Assembly (NCBI GenBank): GCA_047495785.1
Contig: JBLDXI010000057.1
Location: 171,583 to 235,582 of the forward strand
From: Lepidodermella squamata
Taxonomy: Eukaryota; Animalia; Gastrotricha
Direction of reading: 5' to 3'
Length of the DNA: 64,000 nt
Notes under the pieces: model-generated
Seen by the model: only the letters and a program-made list of their open reading frames with translations
Told to the model about the DNA's origin: nothing
The model's database searches: none
Program-made: the position numbers and the translations under genes
Shown: positions 50,152 through 61,539 of the stretch, piece by piece
Position numbering within the stretch: the stretch's first letter is position 1
Layout: every line of letters starts with the position of its first letter

Positions 50152-52986
50152 TTAGCTCTGACCTAGAAATTCAGATTTAGTGAAACGTTTACGATTATTT
50201 TTATTAAGACGAAGGGCCATTTTTCCTTTCCTTCGGATCAGGCTGTATGCGGGTTGAAGTGCTTTAGCATAGTGTAAAACGTGCATTGTCTCGTAATTTT
50301 TCTTTTTCTGCCGGTTGTTGTTGATAAAGGGCCACGTCTTTCCCTCCAATTTTGACAAAGTGCTTTTTGTGACTTTTGAGAGTAGAGTCCAAGAGTACCC
50401 CCGTTTAACCAAGCTGTTGAAAAGGGAGAGCGTTGCATACGCCCAGTCTGAGAACGTTGAGGCAATTCTGCTGAAGCGTAGAATTTGGGATTCAATGACA
50501 CCACTGAAAATGTGCTCTGGGTGCTCTGATCCATAACTGAGCAAGGCGAGGTTATCAGTAGGTTTGAAGTAGACGCCCGTCTCTAGCCTACCCTGTTTTT
50601 TATAGATAACCATATCCAAGTATTGGCCACTAGTCTGGGAAGAGGACACTTCAAGTTTGATATTTGGGTGCAGTTTTTTGTAATCTTCTTCAAAAGATGA
50701 TGATCTTTGGTTGCTGAGAAAAATCGTGAGGAGGTCATCGAGGTAACGGCAACCGAGGGGTGGTGAATAGATAAGCCAGAGTTTTCTTTCCAAGATGAAT
50801 AACCAGTTATTAGCCACCCATGGGGAGAGATGGCCCCCCATTGCCAACCCTTGGATCTGTTGGTACCATTTGTTGTTAAATTTCACCCTGCTGGAGCATA
50901 GTACGAGGTAAATAGCTTTGCATACTAATCTTCGTTCTTCAGGCTCGAAAACTTCATATTCCCGCAGATAAATTGCCACACCGTCCACCGCCTCCTTTAG
51001 GGGTATCTGGTTGTACATATCGCTGATGTCAGCAGTCATGATGACCGCTTCATCCAAGTTCCGACCACTTTCATTCAGTTCCCTGATTTTCTGTAAGACC
51101 TCTGTGCTGCTATGCACAACAGTTGTGAGGGTATGCCTAGCCCTGCGCAGTTTTTTGTAGAGTGTTTTGTCGGCTTGGGAGGTGTAGGTATTAGTACCAT
51201 CTGTGATGGGTCGAACCTTAAGTAGCCCTTCCTCGTCCGGGGCCTTATGGAGTTTCGGGAGAAAGTAAATAAATTTCGAGCGAAGTTTTTGTTGTCTTAC
51301 AAAGATCCCTTTCCATTTCCTCAGTGTGCCAGGGGAAATTTGTAGCCATGATGATTTTAATTGAGACAAAGCCTCTCGATATCCCGCGAAGCCGTCATCC
51401 TCAACAACTCGAAAATTAGTTGCGTTGTTCAAAAATTTTTCACCCATACGACAATAGGTGCTCTTGTCTAGAGCTAAAGTGACGTTACCTTTGTCACTTT
51501 TAGTGATCCAAACGTTCGGTCCTAGTTCTGGGGTTTTATTCTCAAGGCGCGTCATTTCTATGGCGGTCCCGGCGTGTAATTCCCTTCGGGATCTCCTGCT
51601 CAGCTGAATGCCCAGTTCCTTAAATTTTTCCTCCACTTCCTGGAGGGATTTTTGAAGATCTTTTTTGGTCAGTTTGACAAATTGAAATCCCTTCGCTAGG
51701 GTTGCCTTAACCTCTTCAGATAAACTATTAGTAAGGTCAACAACACCTTTTTTCTCCCAGATCTTGTTTTCCTCGGAAAGATTGAGGGCTGGTTGCCTAG
51801 AGCTGTGAATCGGTAGGTTACCCGGGACGATACAGTTTTCACCGTACAAGGATTTAGTGAATGAAGGGAAATCCTCCATGACGAAGAGGTCGTATATGTG
51901 GCAATCTACAAGGTGTTTCCATAACTTCCCGGGTGCAGAGAAAGTGGAGCGGTGTTTACTACAAGAGACAGTGAACCCGTCTGAATTTTCTGAAGTCAGG
52001 CAATTGCTGGGGTGCCCCGGTTCCCAACGGGCTGAGAAATGCCACACCGAGGGTTCCGTGAAAAGCTGTTTTATAACAACTCCAACCCTACACAAAGTTT
52101 TATTACCCATCAAGTTATCCAAGTATCCCCAAGTAATGTCCTTGATTCCGCTAGGAGTAAAAACAATTTTCCTACCTGAGGCTCCAGAGGCTCCTGCCTG
52201 TGGAGCAGTCGGCAGCCCGCCATTGGTGAGCTCCAAGCCCAGTTTTTCATCAACCAGATGTACCAATGTGCGCAATCTGACTGCTTTGTCGCCTCCAACT
52301 CCATTCCAATCATGGGCAATGACGGCCTGCGTTGCACGGCAGATCCCGGACTTGTCGAGCGTTTTACCAGCATTGCGGGGTGCGGCAATGAGAGGGAACG
52401 GCTGCCAAGTCACTGTGAAGTCCGCGCTGATACCAAGCCCTTCTTTATCGGCGGCCCTGTAAGTCGCCGCGAGAGCGTCATCCAGCGCTGCCTTGACCGG
52501 AGGTGTCGCAGACTCGTAGATCTCCTTGAGACTTAACCATTTCTCAGCTGCTCTGGCGAGGTTAACCGTAATTTTTAATCGTAGCTTCTCTCCCACCAGT
52601 TTCAGCGACAGGTCGACCGCCTCATTGGCCAGTGGTTCGTAATCCAAGATGTCGTTGTCGCAAACGATCTTCGCGATGTCGCGAACTGCCGGGTCAGACA
52701 GAGGAGATAGACTCAAAACTTTGGTCTTGTAGCCATCCATTTCCTTGAACACGCGGAACGTTTGACGCCAAAAATCATTGAATAGTTGCGTAGCGCGTTC
52801 AGTCGAGTCGCCGCCGGTTCGGTTCGTCGGGTTGAAGGCCGATAGAAAGGCCGTAAAGCGATCATTCGAACTCGAGGACCGCCCATCATCCGAGCGACGA
52901 TCGCCGTGCTGACCATCGAAACGCTTCCGATTGTACTTGCCGTTGCCGTTACCGTTGCCGAATCGATTGTTGTGGTTACCAGGCAT
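50152..52986 (-). CDS. Family C RT polyprotein (944 aa), no endonuclease
   Basis: Intact ORF with YFLPKLHK, TADISDMYNQIP, GLAMGG, RYLDDL, GVYFKPTDN..SEHP. Confidence 0.95.
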   Translation of the reverse strand: MPGNHNNRFGNGNGNGKYNRKRFDGQHGDRRSDDGRSSSSNDRFTAFLSAFNPTNRTGGDSTERATQLFNDFWRQTFRVFKEMDGYKTKVLSLSPLSDPAVRDIAKIVCDNDILDYEPLANEAVDLSLKLVGEKLRLKITVNLARAAEKWLSLKEIYESATPPVKAALDDALAATYRAADKEGLGISADFTVTWQPFPLIAAPRNAGKTLDKSGICRATQAVIAHDWNGVGGDKAVRLRTLVHLVDEKLGLELTNGGLPTAPQAGASGASGRKIVFTPSGIKDITWGYLDNLMGNKTLCRVGVVIKQLFTEPSVWHFSARWEPGHPSNCLTSENSDGFTVSCSKHRSTFSAPGKLWKHLVDCHIYDLFVMEDFPSFTKSLYGENCIVPGNLPIHSSRQPALNLSEENKIWEKKGVVDLTNSLSEEVKATLAKGFQFVKLTKKDLQKSLQEVEEKFKELGIQLSRRSRRELHAGTAIEMTRLENKTPELGPNVWITKSDKGNVTLALDKSTYCRMGEKFLNNATNFRVVEDDGFAGYREALSQLKSSWLQISPGTLRKWKGIFVRQQKLRSKFIYFLPKLHKAPDEEGLLKVRPITDGTNTYTSQADKTLYKKLRRARHTLTTVVHSSTEVLQKIRELNESGRNLDEAVIMTADISDMYNQIPLKEAVDGVAIYLREYEVFEPEERRLVCKAIYLVLCSSRVKFNNKWYQQIQGLAMGGHLSPWVANNWLFILERKLWLIYSPPLGCRYLDDLLTIFLSNQRSSSFEEDYKKLHPNIKLEVSSSQTSGQYLDMVIYKKQGRLETGVYFKPTDNLALLSYGSEHPEHIFSGVIESQILRFSRIASTFSDWAYATLSLFNSLVKRGYSWTLLSKVTKSTLSKLEGKTWPFINNNRQKKKNYETMHVLHYAKALQPAYSLIRRKGKMALRLNKNNRKRFTKSEFLGQS

Positions 52987-53906
52987 CTAAGAGAATATTA
53001 AACAAATTCATTAGTGAGCTGAACTAACATCGCACGTACGGCACAAGCAAATTGTTAGGGTTAGTTTAGGGAAAATACCAGACAGGTAGCCTAAGCAACC
53101 CCGGCAAAGAGGCTCTAATGCAGTTCAACCCGAATGAATTTTTTAAAAATAAACGTGAGCTTACCATGTTCGTTGCTTCTTCCGTGAGAGTAAAGGCCGA
53201 TAATACCCAAAGATTTTAACAGAATCTAAAATACAGAAACATACAAATTGTTAGTTACAAGTTAAGGTTACCAGAACCTTAAATAATTTGCTTTTCAATA
53301 GATTGTCAACGTGGACACTAACCATAAGTGATTATAGGTATGTCTCGAAAAGGATAGGGTGTGAACCTTAAGTGGTTTACCCTATACCGGCTATTCCGTA
53401 TTTAAACATCTCAAAGTTGAGGTCGAGGCCGAATAGGATTTATGGTTCGCAACCATATCCGGTTACATAGTTCAATCCGACCATAAGCATATGAACCTTA
53501 ACTTAGGTTAAGCTTTAGAGACTACTTCCTTAGTTCAGGGCTCTTGCTGAACCCTAAGTTATTTAGGGTCAGGATACCTTAAGTCAACCTGAGCAGCCCA
53601 GGTGCCACCCCAGTTGCGGGAAGCGTGTTTCCAAATGCCACCCATTAGAGGGAAGCCAACCGATTCTGCCACCCGTTGGAGGGAAGCTACAAATATGATG
53701 CCACCCGTTAAAGGGAAGCCACGAATGTAATGCCACCCGTTGAAGGGAAGCCGAAAAGGTTACGCCACCCTCGTAAGGGAAGCCGACAACAAAATGCCAC
53801 CCATTAGAGGGAAGCTAAGCCACCCGTGGAGGGAAGCACCCGATAAATTAGTTGCGGAGCGGTATGCGGTGTAATAACCTAATGTAATACGAGAGATAGT
53901 AAGCAA

Positions 53907-53959
53907 CGCCCATAGTGCCAGACCGGTTTCGCCTGTGGGCGGCAGGCTCGTCAGTGACT
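53907..53959 (-). ncRNA. Hammerhead ribozyme (C2)
   Basis: Same sequence as in C1. Confidence 0.92.
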
Positions 53960-54693
53960 CTAGTTGCTTAAAACAAAATCCGCTCAAATGATGAAAATGT
54001 TCGAAAATAAGGCTTTTTATACTGCGGTCCCTTCCGCCATTTTGGAAAAAATCGTGGCACGTGGGTTTTGGCGCGAAAATTTTTCTAGAAACTGATGTTA
54101 TTTCCATAACCCAGTGCTAGTGGTTAGCTTATTTCCAACGGTTGAAACGTTTTGGAATTTATTAGCCGCAGGTGATTTCAAGGTCGTTTAGCCGCAGGTG
54201 ATAGACTTAGAGTTAAGGTTTCATACTTATGGTTCGAGTTAAGGTTTCATACTTATGGTTCGCCTAGTCTTAGTGTTGGCGGTCTTCTGACCACAAGTTA
54301 AATAACCGGCCGAATAGTCGTTTTAGGGTTGTCCTCGATAAGATAAGGTTCTTTTCAGTTCCGCTATTTGTTCAAGTCCCAAAACCTTAAGTTCTGGTTT
54401 CACACCGTAAGGTGGATTTAAGGTTACAGATATTCGTTAGTTTATTTCCACCTTCCTGAAGTGGATTTAAGGTTAGGGTCCTGTAGTTCGATTTCAATTT
54501 CCACGTTGATTCAGGTTGCCCAACCTTAAGTTGTTACTTAAGGTTACGGTTTCTGATTATCTTCGGACCCATTTGTTTCTGTTTCATTCTGCCTGGAGTT
54601 AAGGTTCACACGGTTGTAAAAGTCGTGAATTAGTTCAACAATGTGTTTTATTTCAGAAACTTCATCACTCACACTCACTTGACACAAATCACC

Positions 54694-55871
54694 TCAAAAG
54701 TCACCCTTCTTCAGGATCTCAGCGCGGAGACGAAGACGTTCTTCATCCAGTGCTTGGGCCTGGACTAGCTGGTCTTTCTCGTGGTTCTTCAAGAAGTGTC
54801 CAAGTAGACCGTCCGACCTAGTGCAAGTGAACTTGCAGGATCCAATTCGGCAGAGGATGATCGATCCAGGCTTTTTGCCCGGGACCCGGGGAGCTTGCTC
54901 CACCCGTTCCCAGACAAGGGCGCCCTCGTAGTTCTCGCGCAGTTTTTCCCATGCAAGACTTTCGGCGACAGATCTAGCGGAACCTCCCGCAAGTCTCCGA
55001 CCAGAAGTCGTGGGTCCACGGGCTGGAGTGCTGGCGATAGAGAATGAACAACCACCGGTCGATGACGACGAGCGTTCTGTGACAAGGTAAAGTTGAAGTT
55101 AAGGTTGCAATCTCCTTTAAAGAAATATCTTACCTTCCAAAGACGGAAGTGGTCGCTTGCGATTCGCCCTGTTGACTGTAGGCTCCGATGTCGAAGCCAT
55201 GGACACATTGTAGCGGGGTGCTGGCGATGAGGCTGCCGAACTCGTGGCGCTGCTGAATTCCAGTGGGGTTGAGGTTGCGCCTCCTCTCAGAGGTCGTCCG
55301 AACATATCGATATCTATGAAAAGATCGCGATCGAGGCGGACAACACAATCCTTAGTCGACAATCTCGGGTCTGGAGTTCCCAGGGTCGCATCCGGCTGAA
55401 GTGTTGATTCCGAGGATGAGCTTTCACTATCTGAGCGTGAAAGCGCATCACGTGTCTCTTCGGGCAGCTCGTCCGCTGACATTTCAATAGCATCCTCGGT
55501 AGCCGATCTCACCGGAGAATCGGTTATCACGATGACGCCGCCCTGCTCCCGTTCCGGTGCTGCGTTGCTGGTAGCGGTTCCACCGTTATCCTGGTCAGGC
55601 TTGGGATCTGCGTTGACTTGCTCGGTATCGTCGTCCAGCAGGTCAAGGGCTTCCTGGAGGGTAGCCGAGTCCGCGGCAGAGAAGCTACCCAAGCCGCTGA
55701 AAGTAGAAGCGCAAATTTCGGGACCATTGCTCGTCGATGGCAGCTCGAGCCTGTGACCAATGGTGACGGGCGAGGGGCACGGAGCCCTCCAGGCCGACTC
55801 AGGAGCCCAGCGACCGGTATCGTAGGTTGTCCCGAAGTTGAAGAATCTCCAACTCGGTGAAGCCGTGTCAG
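54694..55871 (-). CDS. Family C downstream ZnF exons, copy in C2
   Basis: Duplicate of 48805-49982 at +5889. Confidence 0.75.
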
Positions 55872-56040
55872 CTGGAAATGTTGTTATAGGGTTACGGGTA
55901 TAAAGAAAAGGGTAAAAAGGCAAGTAAATTTGCACCAACTGTTTTATTTCTCACAAATGTTAGTATCATGGTGGATCATCGTCAAATGTCATTGTTCAGG
56001 GCCATAGTTGCGTTGAATGATGTCTTGTGTTGTTGTTTCT

Positions 56041-58718
56041 TTAGCTCTGACCTAGAAATTCAGATTTAGTGAAACGTTTACGATTATTTTTATTAAGACG
56101 AAGGGCCATTTTTCCTTTCCTTCGGATCAGGCTGTATGCGGGTTGAAGTGCTTTAGCATAGTGTAAAACGTGCATTGTCTCGTAATTTTTCTTTTTCTGC
56201 CGGTTGTTGTTGATAAAGGGCCACGTCTTTCCCTCCAATTTTGACAAAGTGCTTTTTGTGACTTTTGAGAGTAGAGTCCAAGAGTACCCCCGTTTAACCA
56301 AGCTGTTGAAAAGGGAGAGCGTTGCATACGCCCAGTCTGAGAACGTTGAGGCAATTCTGCTGAAGCGTAGAATTTGGGATTCAATGACACCACTGAAAAT
56401 GTGCTCTGGGTGCTCTGATCCATAACTGAGCAAGGCGAGGTTATCAGTAGGTTTGAAGTAGACGCCCGTCTCTAGCCTACCCTGTTTTTTATAGATAACC
56501 ATATCCAAGTATTGGCCACTAGTCTGGGAAGAGGACACTTCAAGTTTGATATTTGGGTGCAGTTTTTTGTAATCTTCTTCAAAAGATGATGATCTTTGGT
56601 TGCTGAGAAAAATCGTGAGGAGGTCATCGAGGTAACGGCAACCGAGGGGTGGTGAATAGATAAGCCAGAGTTTTCTTTCCAAGATGAATAACCAGTTATT
56701 AGCCACCCATGGGGAGAGATGGCCCCCCATTGCCAACCCTTGGATCTGTTGGTACCATTTGTTGTTAAATTTCACCCTGCTGGAGCATAGTACGAGGTAA
56801 ATAGCTTTGCATACTAATCTTCGTTCTTCAGGCTCGAAAACTTCATATTCCCGCAGATAAATTGCCACACCGTCCACCGCCTCCTTTAGGGGTATCTGGT
56901 TGTACATATCGCTGATGTCAGCAGTCATGATGACCGCTTCATCCAAGTTCCGACCACTTTCATTCAGTTCCCTGATTTTCTGTAAGACCTCTGTGCTGCT
57001 ATGCACAACAGTTGTGAGGGTATGCCTAGCCCTGCGCAGTTTTTTGTAGAGTGTTTTGTCGGCTTGGGAGGTGTAGGTATTAGTACCATCTGTGATGGGT
57101 CGAACCTTAAGTAGCCCTTCCTCGTCCGGGGCCTTATGGAGTTTCGGGAGAAAGTAAATAAATTTCGAGCGAAGTTTTTGTTGTCTTACAAAGATCCCTT
57201 TCCATTTCCTCAGTGTGCCAGGGGAAATTTGTAGCCATGATGATTTTAATTGAGACAAAGCCTCTCGATATCCCGCGAAGCCGTCATCCTCAACAACTCG
57301 AAAATTAGTTGCGTTGTTCAAAAATTTTTCACCCATACGACAATAGGTGCTCTTGTCTAGAGCTAAAGTGACGTTACCTTTGTCACTTTTAGTGATCCAA
57401 ACGTTCGGTCCTAGTTCTGGGGTTTTATTCTCAAGGCGCGTCATTTCTATGGCGGTCCCGGCGTGTAATTCCCTTCGGGATCTCCTGCTCAGCTGAATGC
57501 CCAGTTCCTTAAATTTTTCCTCCACTTCCTGGAGGGATTTTTGAAGATCTTTTTTGGTCAGTTTGACAAATTGAAATCCCTTCGCTAGGGTTGCCTTAAC
57601 CTCTTCAGATAAACTATTAGTAAGGTCAACAACACCTTTTTTCTCCCAGATCTTGTTTTCCTCGGAAAGATTGAGGGCTGGTTGCCTAGAGCTGTGAATC
57701 GGTAGGTTACCCGGGACGATACAGTTTTCACCGTACAAGGATTTAGTGAATGAAGGGAAATCCTCCATGACGAAGAGGTCGTATATGTGGCAATCTACAA
57801 GGTGTTTCCATAACTTCCCGGGTGCAGAGAAAGTGGAGCGGTGTTTACTACAAGAGACAGTGAACCCGTCTGAATTTTCTGAAGTCAGGCAATTGCTGGG
57901 GTGCCCCGGTTCCCAACGGGCTGAGAAATGCCACACCGAGGGTTCCGTGAAAAGCTGTTTTATAACAACTCCAACCCTACACAAAGTTTTATTACCCATC
58001 AAGTTATCCAAGTATCCCCAAGTAATGTCCTTGATTCCGCTAGGAGTAAAAACAATTTTCCTACCTGAGGCTCCAGAGGCTCCTGCCTGTGGAGCAGTCG
58101 GCAGCCCGCCATTGGTGAGCTCCAAGCCCAGTTTTTCATCAACCAGATGTACCAATGTGCGCAATCTGACTGCTTTGTCGCCTCCAACTCCATTCCAATC
58201 ATGGGCAATGACGGCCTGCGTTGCACGGCAGATCCCGGACTTGTCGAGCGTTTTACCAGCATTGCGGGGTGCGGCAATGAGAGGGAACGGCTGCCAAGTC
58301 ACTGTGAAGTCCGCGCTGATACCAAGCCCTTCTTTATCGGCGGCCCTGTAAGTCGCCGCGAGAGCGTCATCCAGCGCTGCCTTGACCGGAGGTGTCGCAG
58401 ACTCGTAGATCTCCTTGAGACTTAACCATTTCTCAGCTGCTCTGGCGAGGTTAACCGTAATTTTTAATCGTAGCTTCTCTCCCACCAGTTTCAGCGACAG
58501 GTCGACCGCCTCATTGGCCAGTGGTTCGTAATCCAAGATGTCGTTGTCGCAAACGATCTTCGCGATGTCGCGAACTGCCGGGTCAGACAGAGGAGATAGA
58601 CTCAAAACTTTGGTCTTGTAGCCATCCATTTCCTTGAACACGCGGAACGTTTGACGCCAAAAATCATTGAATAGTTGCGTAGCGCGTTCAGTCGAGTCGC
58701 CGCCGGTTCGGTTCGTCG
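56041..58718 (-). pseudogene. Family C RT ORF in C2 lacking its first ~52 codons
   Basis: Matches C1 up to 58718, where the inversion junction removes the ATG. Confidence 0.85.
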
Positions 58719-58721
58719 TCC

Positions 58722-60390
58722 ACGAGCTGCCCGAAGAGACACGTGATGCGCTTTCACGCTCAGATAGTGAAAGCTCATCCTCGGAATCAACACTTCAGCC
58801 GGATGCGACCCTGGGAACTCCAGACCCGAGATTGTCGACTAAGGATTGTGTTGTCCGCCTCGATCGCGATCTTTTCATAGATATCGATATGTTCGGACGA
58901 CCTCTGAGAGGAGGCGCAACCTCAACCCCACTGGAATTCAGCAGCGCCACGAGTTCGGCAGCCTCATCGCCAGCACCCCGCTACAATGTGTCCATGGCTT
59001 CGACATCGGAGCCTACAGTCAACAGGGCGAATCGCAAGCGACCACTTCCGTCTTTGGAAGGTAAGATATTTCTTTAAAGGAGATTGCAACCTTAACTTCA
59101 ACTTTACCTTGTCACAGAACGCTCGTCGTCATCGACCGGTGGTTGTTCATTCTCTATCGCCAGCACTCCAGCCCGTGGACCCACGACTTCTGGTCGGAGA
59201 CTTGCGGGAGGTTCCGCTAGATCTGTCGCCGAAAGTCTTGCATGGGAAAAACTGCGCGAGAACTACGAGGGCGCCCTTGTCTGGGAACGGGTGGAGCAAG
59301 CTCCCCGGGTCCCGGGCAAAAAGCCTGGATCGATCATCCTCTGCCGAATTGGATCCTGCAAGTTCACTTGCACTAGGTCGGACGGTCTACTTGGACACTT
59401 CTTGAAGAACCACGAGAAAGACCAGCTAGTCCAGGCCCAAGCACTGGATGAAGAACGTCTTCGTCTCCGCGCTGAGATCCTGAAGAAGGGTGACTTTTGA
59501 GGTGATTTGTGTCAAGTGAGTGTGAGTGATGAAGTTTCTGAAATAAAACACATTGTTGAACTAATTCACGACTTTTACAACCGTGTGAACCTTAACTCCA
59601 GGCAGAATGAAACAGAAACAAATGGGTCCGAAGATAATCAGAAACCGTAACCTTAAGTAACAACTTAAGGTTGGGCAACCTGAATCAACGTGGAAATTGA
59701 AATCGAACTACAGGACCCTAACCTTAAATCCACTTCAGGAAGGTGGAAATAAACTAACGAATATCTGTAACCTTAAATCCACCTTACGGTGTGAAACCAG
59801 AACTTAAGGTTTTGGGACTTGAACAAATAGCGGAACTGAAAAGAACCTTATCTTATCGAGGACAACCCTAAAACGACTATTCGGCCGGTTATTTAACTTG
59901 TGGTCAGAAGACCGCCAACACTAAGACTAGGCGAACCATAAGTATGAAACCTTAACTCGAACCATAAGTATGAAACCTTAACTCTAAGTCTATCACCTGC
60001 GGCTAAACGACCTTGAAATCACCTGCGGCTAATAAATTCCAAAACGTTTCAACCGTTGGAAATAAGCTAACCACTAGCACTGGGTTATGGAAATAACATC
60101 AGTTTCTAGAAAAATTTTCGCGCCAAAACCCACGTGCCACGATTTTTTCCAAAATGGCGGAAGGGACCGCAGTATAAAAAGCCTTATTTTCGAACATTTT
60201 CATCATTTGAGCGGATTTTGTTTTAAGCAACTAGAGTCACTGACGAGCCTGCCGCCCACAGGCGAAACCGGTCTGGCACTATGGGCGTTGCTTACTATCT
60301 CTCGTATTACATTAGGTTATTACACCGCATACCGCTCCGCAACTAATTTATCGGGTGCTTCCCTCCACGGGTGGCTTAGCTTCCCTCTAA
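58722..60390 (+). mobile_element. Inverted fragment of family C (reverse complement of about 47915-49583)
   Basis: The same ORFs appear on the opposite strand; includes the ZnF exon, promoter block and hammerhead; capped by telomeric repeats. Confidence 0.93.
60235..60287 (+). ncRNA. Hammerhead ribozyme in the inverted C fragment
   Basis: AGTCACTGACGAGCCTGCCGCCCACAGGCGAAACCGGTCTGGCACTATGGGCG. Confidence 0.92.
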
Positions 60391-60582
60391 GGGTTTGGGT
60401 TAGAGTTAGGGTTAGGGTTGGGTTAGGGTTAGGGTTAGGGTTAGGGTTAGGGTTAGGGTTAGGGTTAGGGTTAGGGTTAGGGTTAGGGTTAGGGTTAGGG
60501 TTAGGGTTAGGGTTAGGGTTAGGGTTAGGGTTAGGGTTAGGGTTAGGGTTAGGGTTAGGGTTAGGGTTAGGGTTAGGGTTAG
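60391..60582 (+). repeat. Telomeric tract (about 32 units, first few variant)
   Basis: GGGTTTGGGTTAGAGTTAGGG... followed by regular TTAGGG. Confidence 0.97.
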
Positions 60583-61129
60583 TTTAGGGAAAATACCAGA
60601 CAGGTAGCCTAAGCAACCCCGGCAAGGAGGCTCTAGTGCAGCCCAGCTCAAATAAAATACCGTAATCCTTGATCGAGGCTTAGAGGAGGTTCAGTATTGG
60701 TTGAACTGTGGTATCAACAGTTCCGTAGAGTAGACAAGGGTCTTTCAATGTATGTAAACAGATCATCTCCAGGTTGAGGTTCCCGAACCCTAAGTGGTTC
60801 AAGCTCAGACAAAAATGGCGTGTGCACCATAACTCAGTCAGAGGAACGCCTGTTCAGGATCAGCGCTCCTTTCGTTGGGAAATCGTCACCCGAGAGCACG
60901 CCAGGAAGAGCGACACCCGAACCTTAAGTAACCCTGTAGCATTTCACAGATTACTCCCGGTCCATCCTGCAACCTAAGCCAAGGATGACATTCCAGAAGC
61001 TCAAGTTATTCCAAAAGGTGAACCCTAACTGATGTTGGGCTCGATTTGTGATCTCCCTGTGTCTGAGATCACGATGACCCCCAAGTTATTTAGGGTTGGA
61101 AGGCTTGAAGTCATCCTGCAAGCTGAGAT

Positions 61130-61276
61130 GCCACCCTAGTAGCGGGAAGCGTAATTCCAGATGCCACCCATTGGAGGGAAGCCAACAACGCAATGCCACC
61201 CATTAGAGGGAAGCCAATATCACAATGCCACCCTTGCGGGAAGCCTTTTTCGCCTTGCCACCCGTAAAGGGAAGCA
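61130..61276 (-). repeat. Short-hairpin array x5, family D
   Basis: GCCACCC-N4/7-GGGAAGC; copy at +1793. Confidence 0.85.
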
Positions 61277-61370
61277 CTTGGTAATGTGGTGGAAAAGAGC
61301 AGTACTCGACAATTGCGATTGTCGCATATTCCTAGGAAAAGTAGGAAATAAAGTTATTGATGTCAAGCAA

Positions 61371-61423
61371 CGCCCATAGTGTCAGACCGGTTTCGCCTGT
61401 GGGCAGCAGGCTCATCAGTGACT
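61371..61423 (-). ncRNA. Hammerhead ribozyme (D1)
   Basis: GUCA-CUGAUGA-GCCUG(CUGCCCA)CAGGC-GAAA-CCGG-UC/UGAC..UGGGCG. Confidence 0.93.
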
Positions 61424-61478
61424 CTAGTTGCTTAGACCAAAATCCGCTCGAATGAAGAAAACGCTCCGAAATACGGCC

Positions 61479-61539
61479 TTATATACCGCGATCTCTTCCG
61501 CTATTACAACATACGTGCCACGTGGCTTTGGCGCGAAAA
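61479..61539 (-). promoter_or_regulatory. Putative promoter (E2F-like, E-box, TATA), D1
   Basis: On the - strand: TTTTCGCGCCAAA, CACGTG, TATATAA. Confidence 0.58.

Larger units (their letters stand above)
47165..58718 (-). mobile_element. Family C endonuclease-deficient Penelope-like retroelement, partial tandem (C1 47165-53053 complete, C2 53054-58718 5'-truncated)
   Basis: Direct repeat with offset 5889; PLE RT homologous to B; hammerheads. Confidence 0.95.

Noticed and set aside
50152-52986. The RTs as telomerase (TERT) or LINE/LTR RTs
   Set aside because: The motif set (YFLPKxHK, RPI, GxxMG, YxDD, YFKPT..SxHP) is Penelope-type. I see no TERT T-motif, APE/RLE endonuclease, RNase H or integrase, and the RTs occur in multiple tandem copies.
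42441-58718. Tandem copies as assembly duplication artefacts
   Set aside because: The junctions fall at biologically specific tracts in four independent families and B1/B2 differ at several bases. Raw-read confirmation is still advisable.
58667-59077. 136-aa + strand ORF as a separate gene
   Set aside because: Chimera created by the inversion junction, with no genuine start
60087-60651. ORFs with (GL)n, (LT)n or (RV)n tails
   Set aside because: Translation artefacts of TTAGGG repeats
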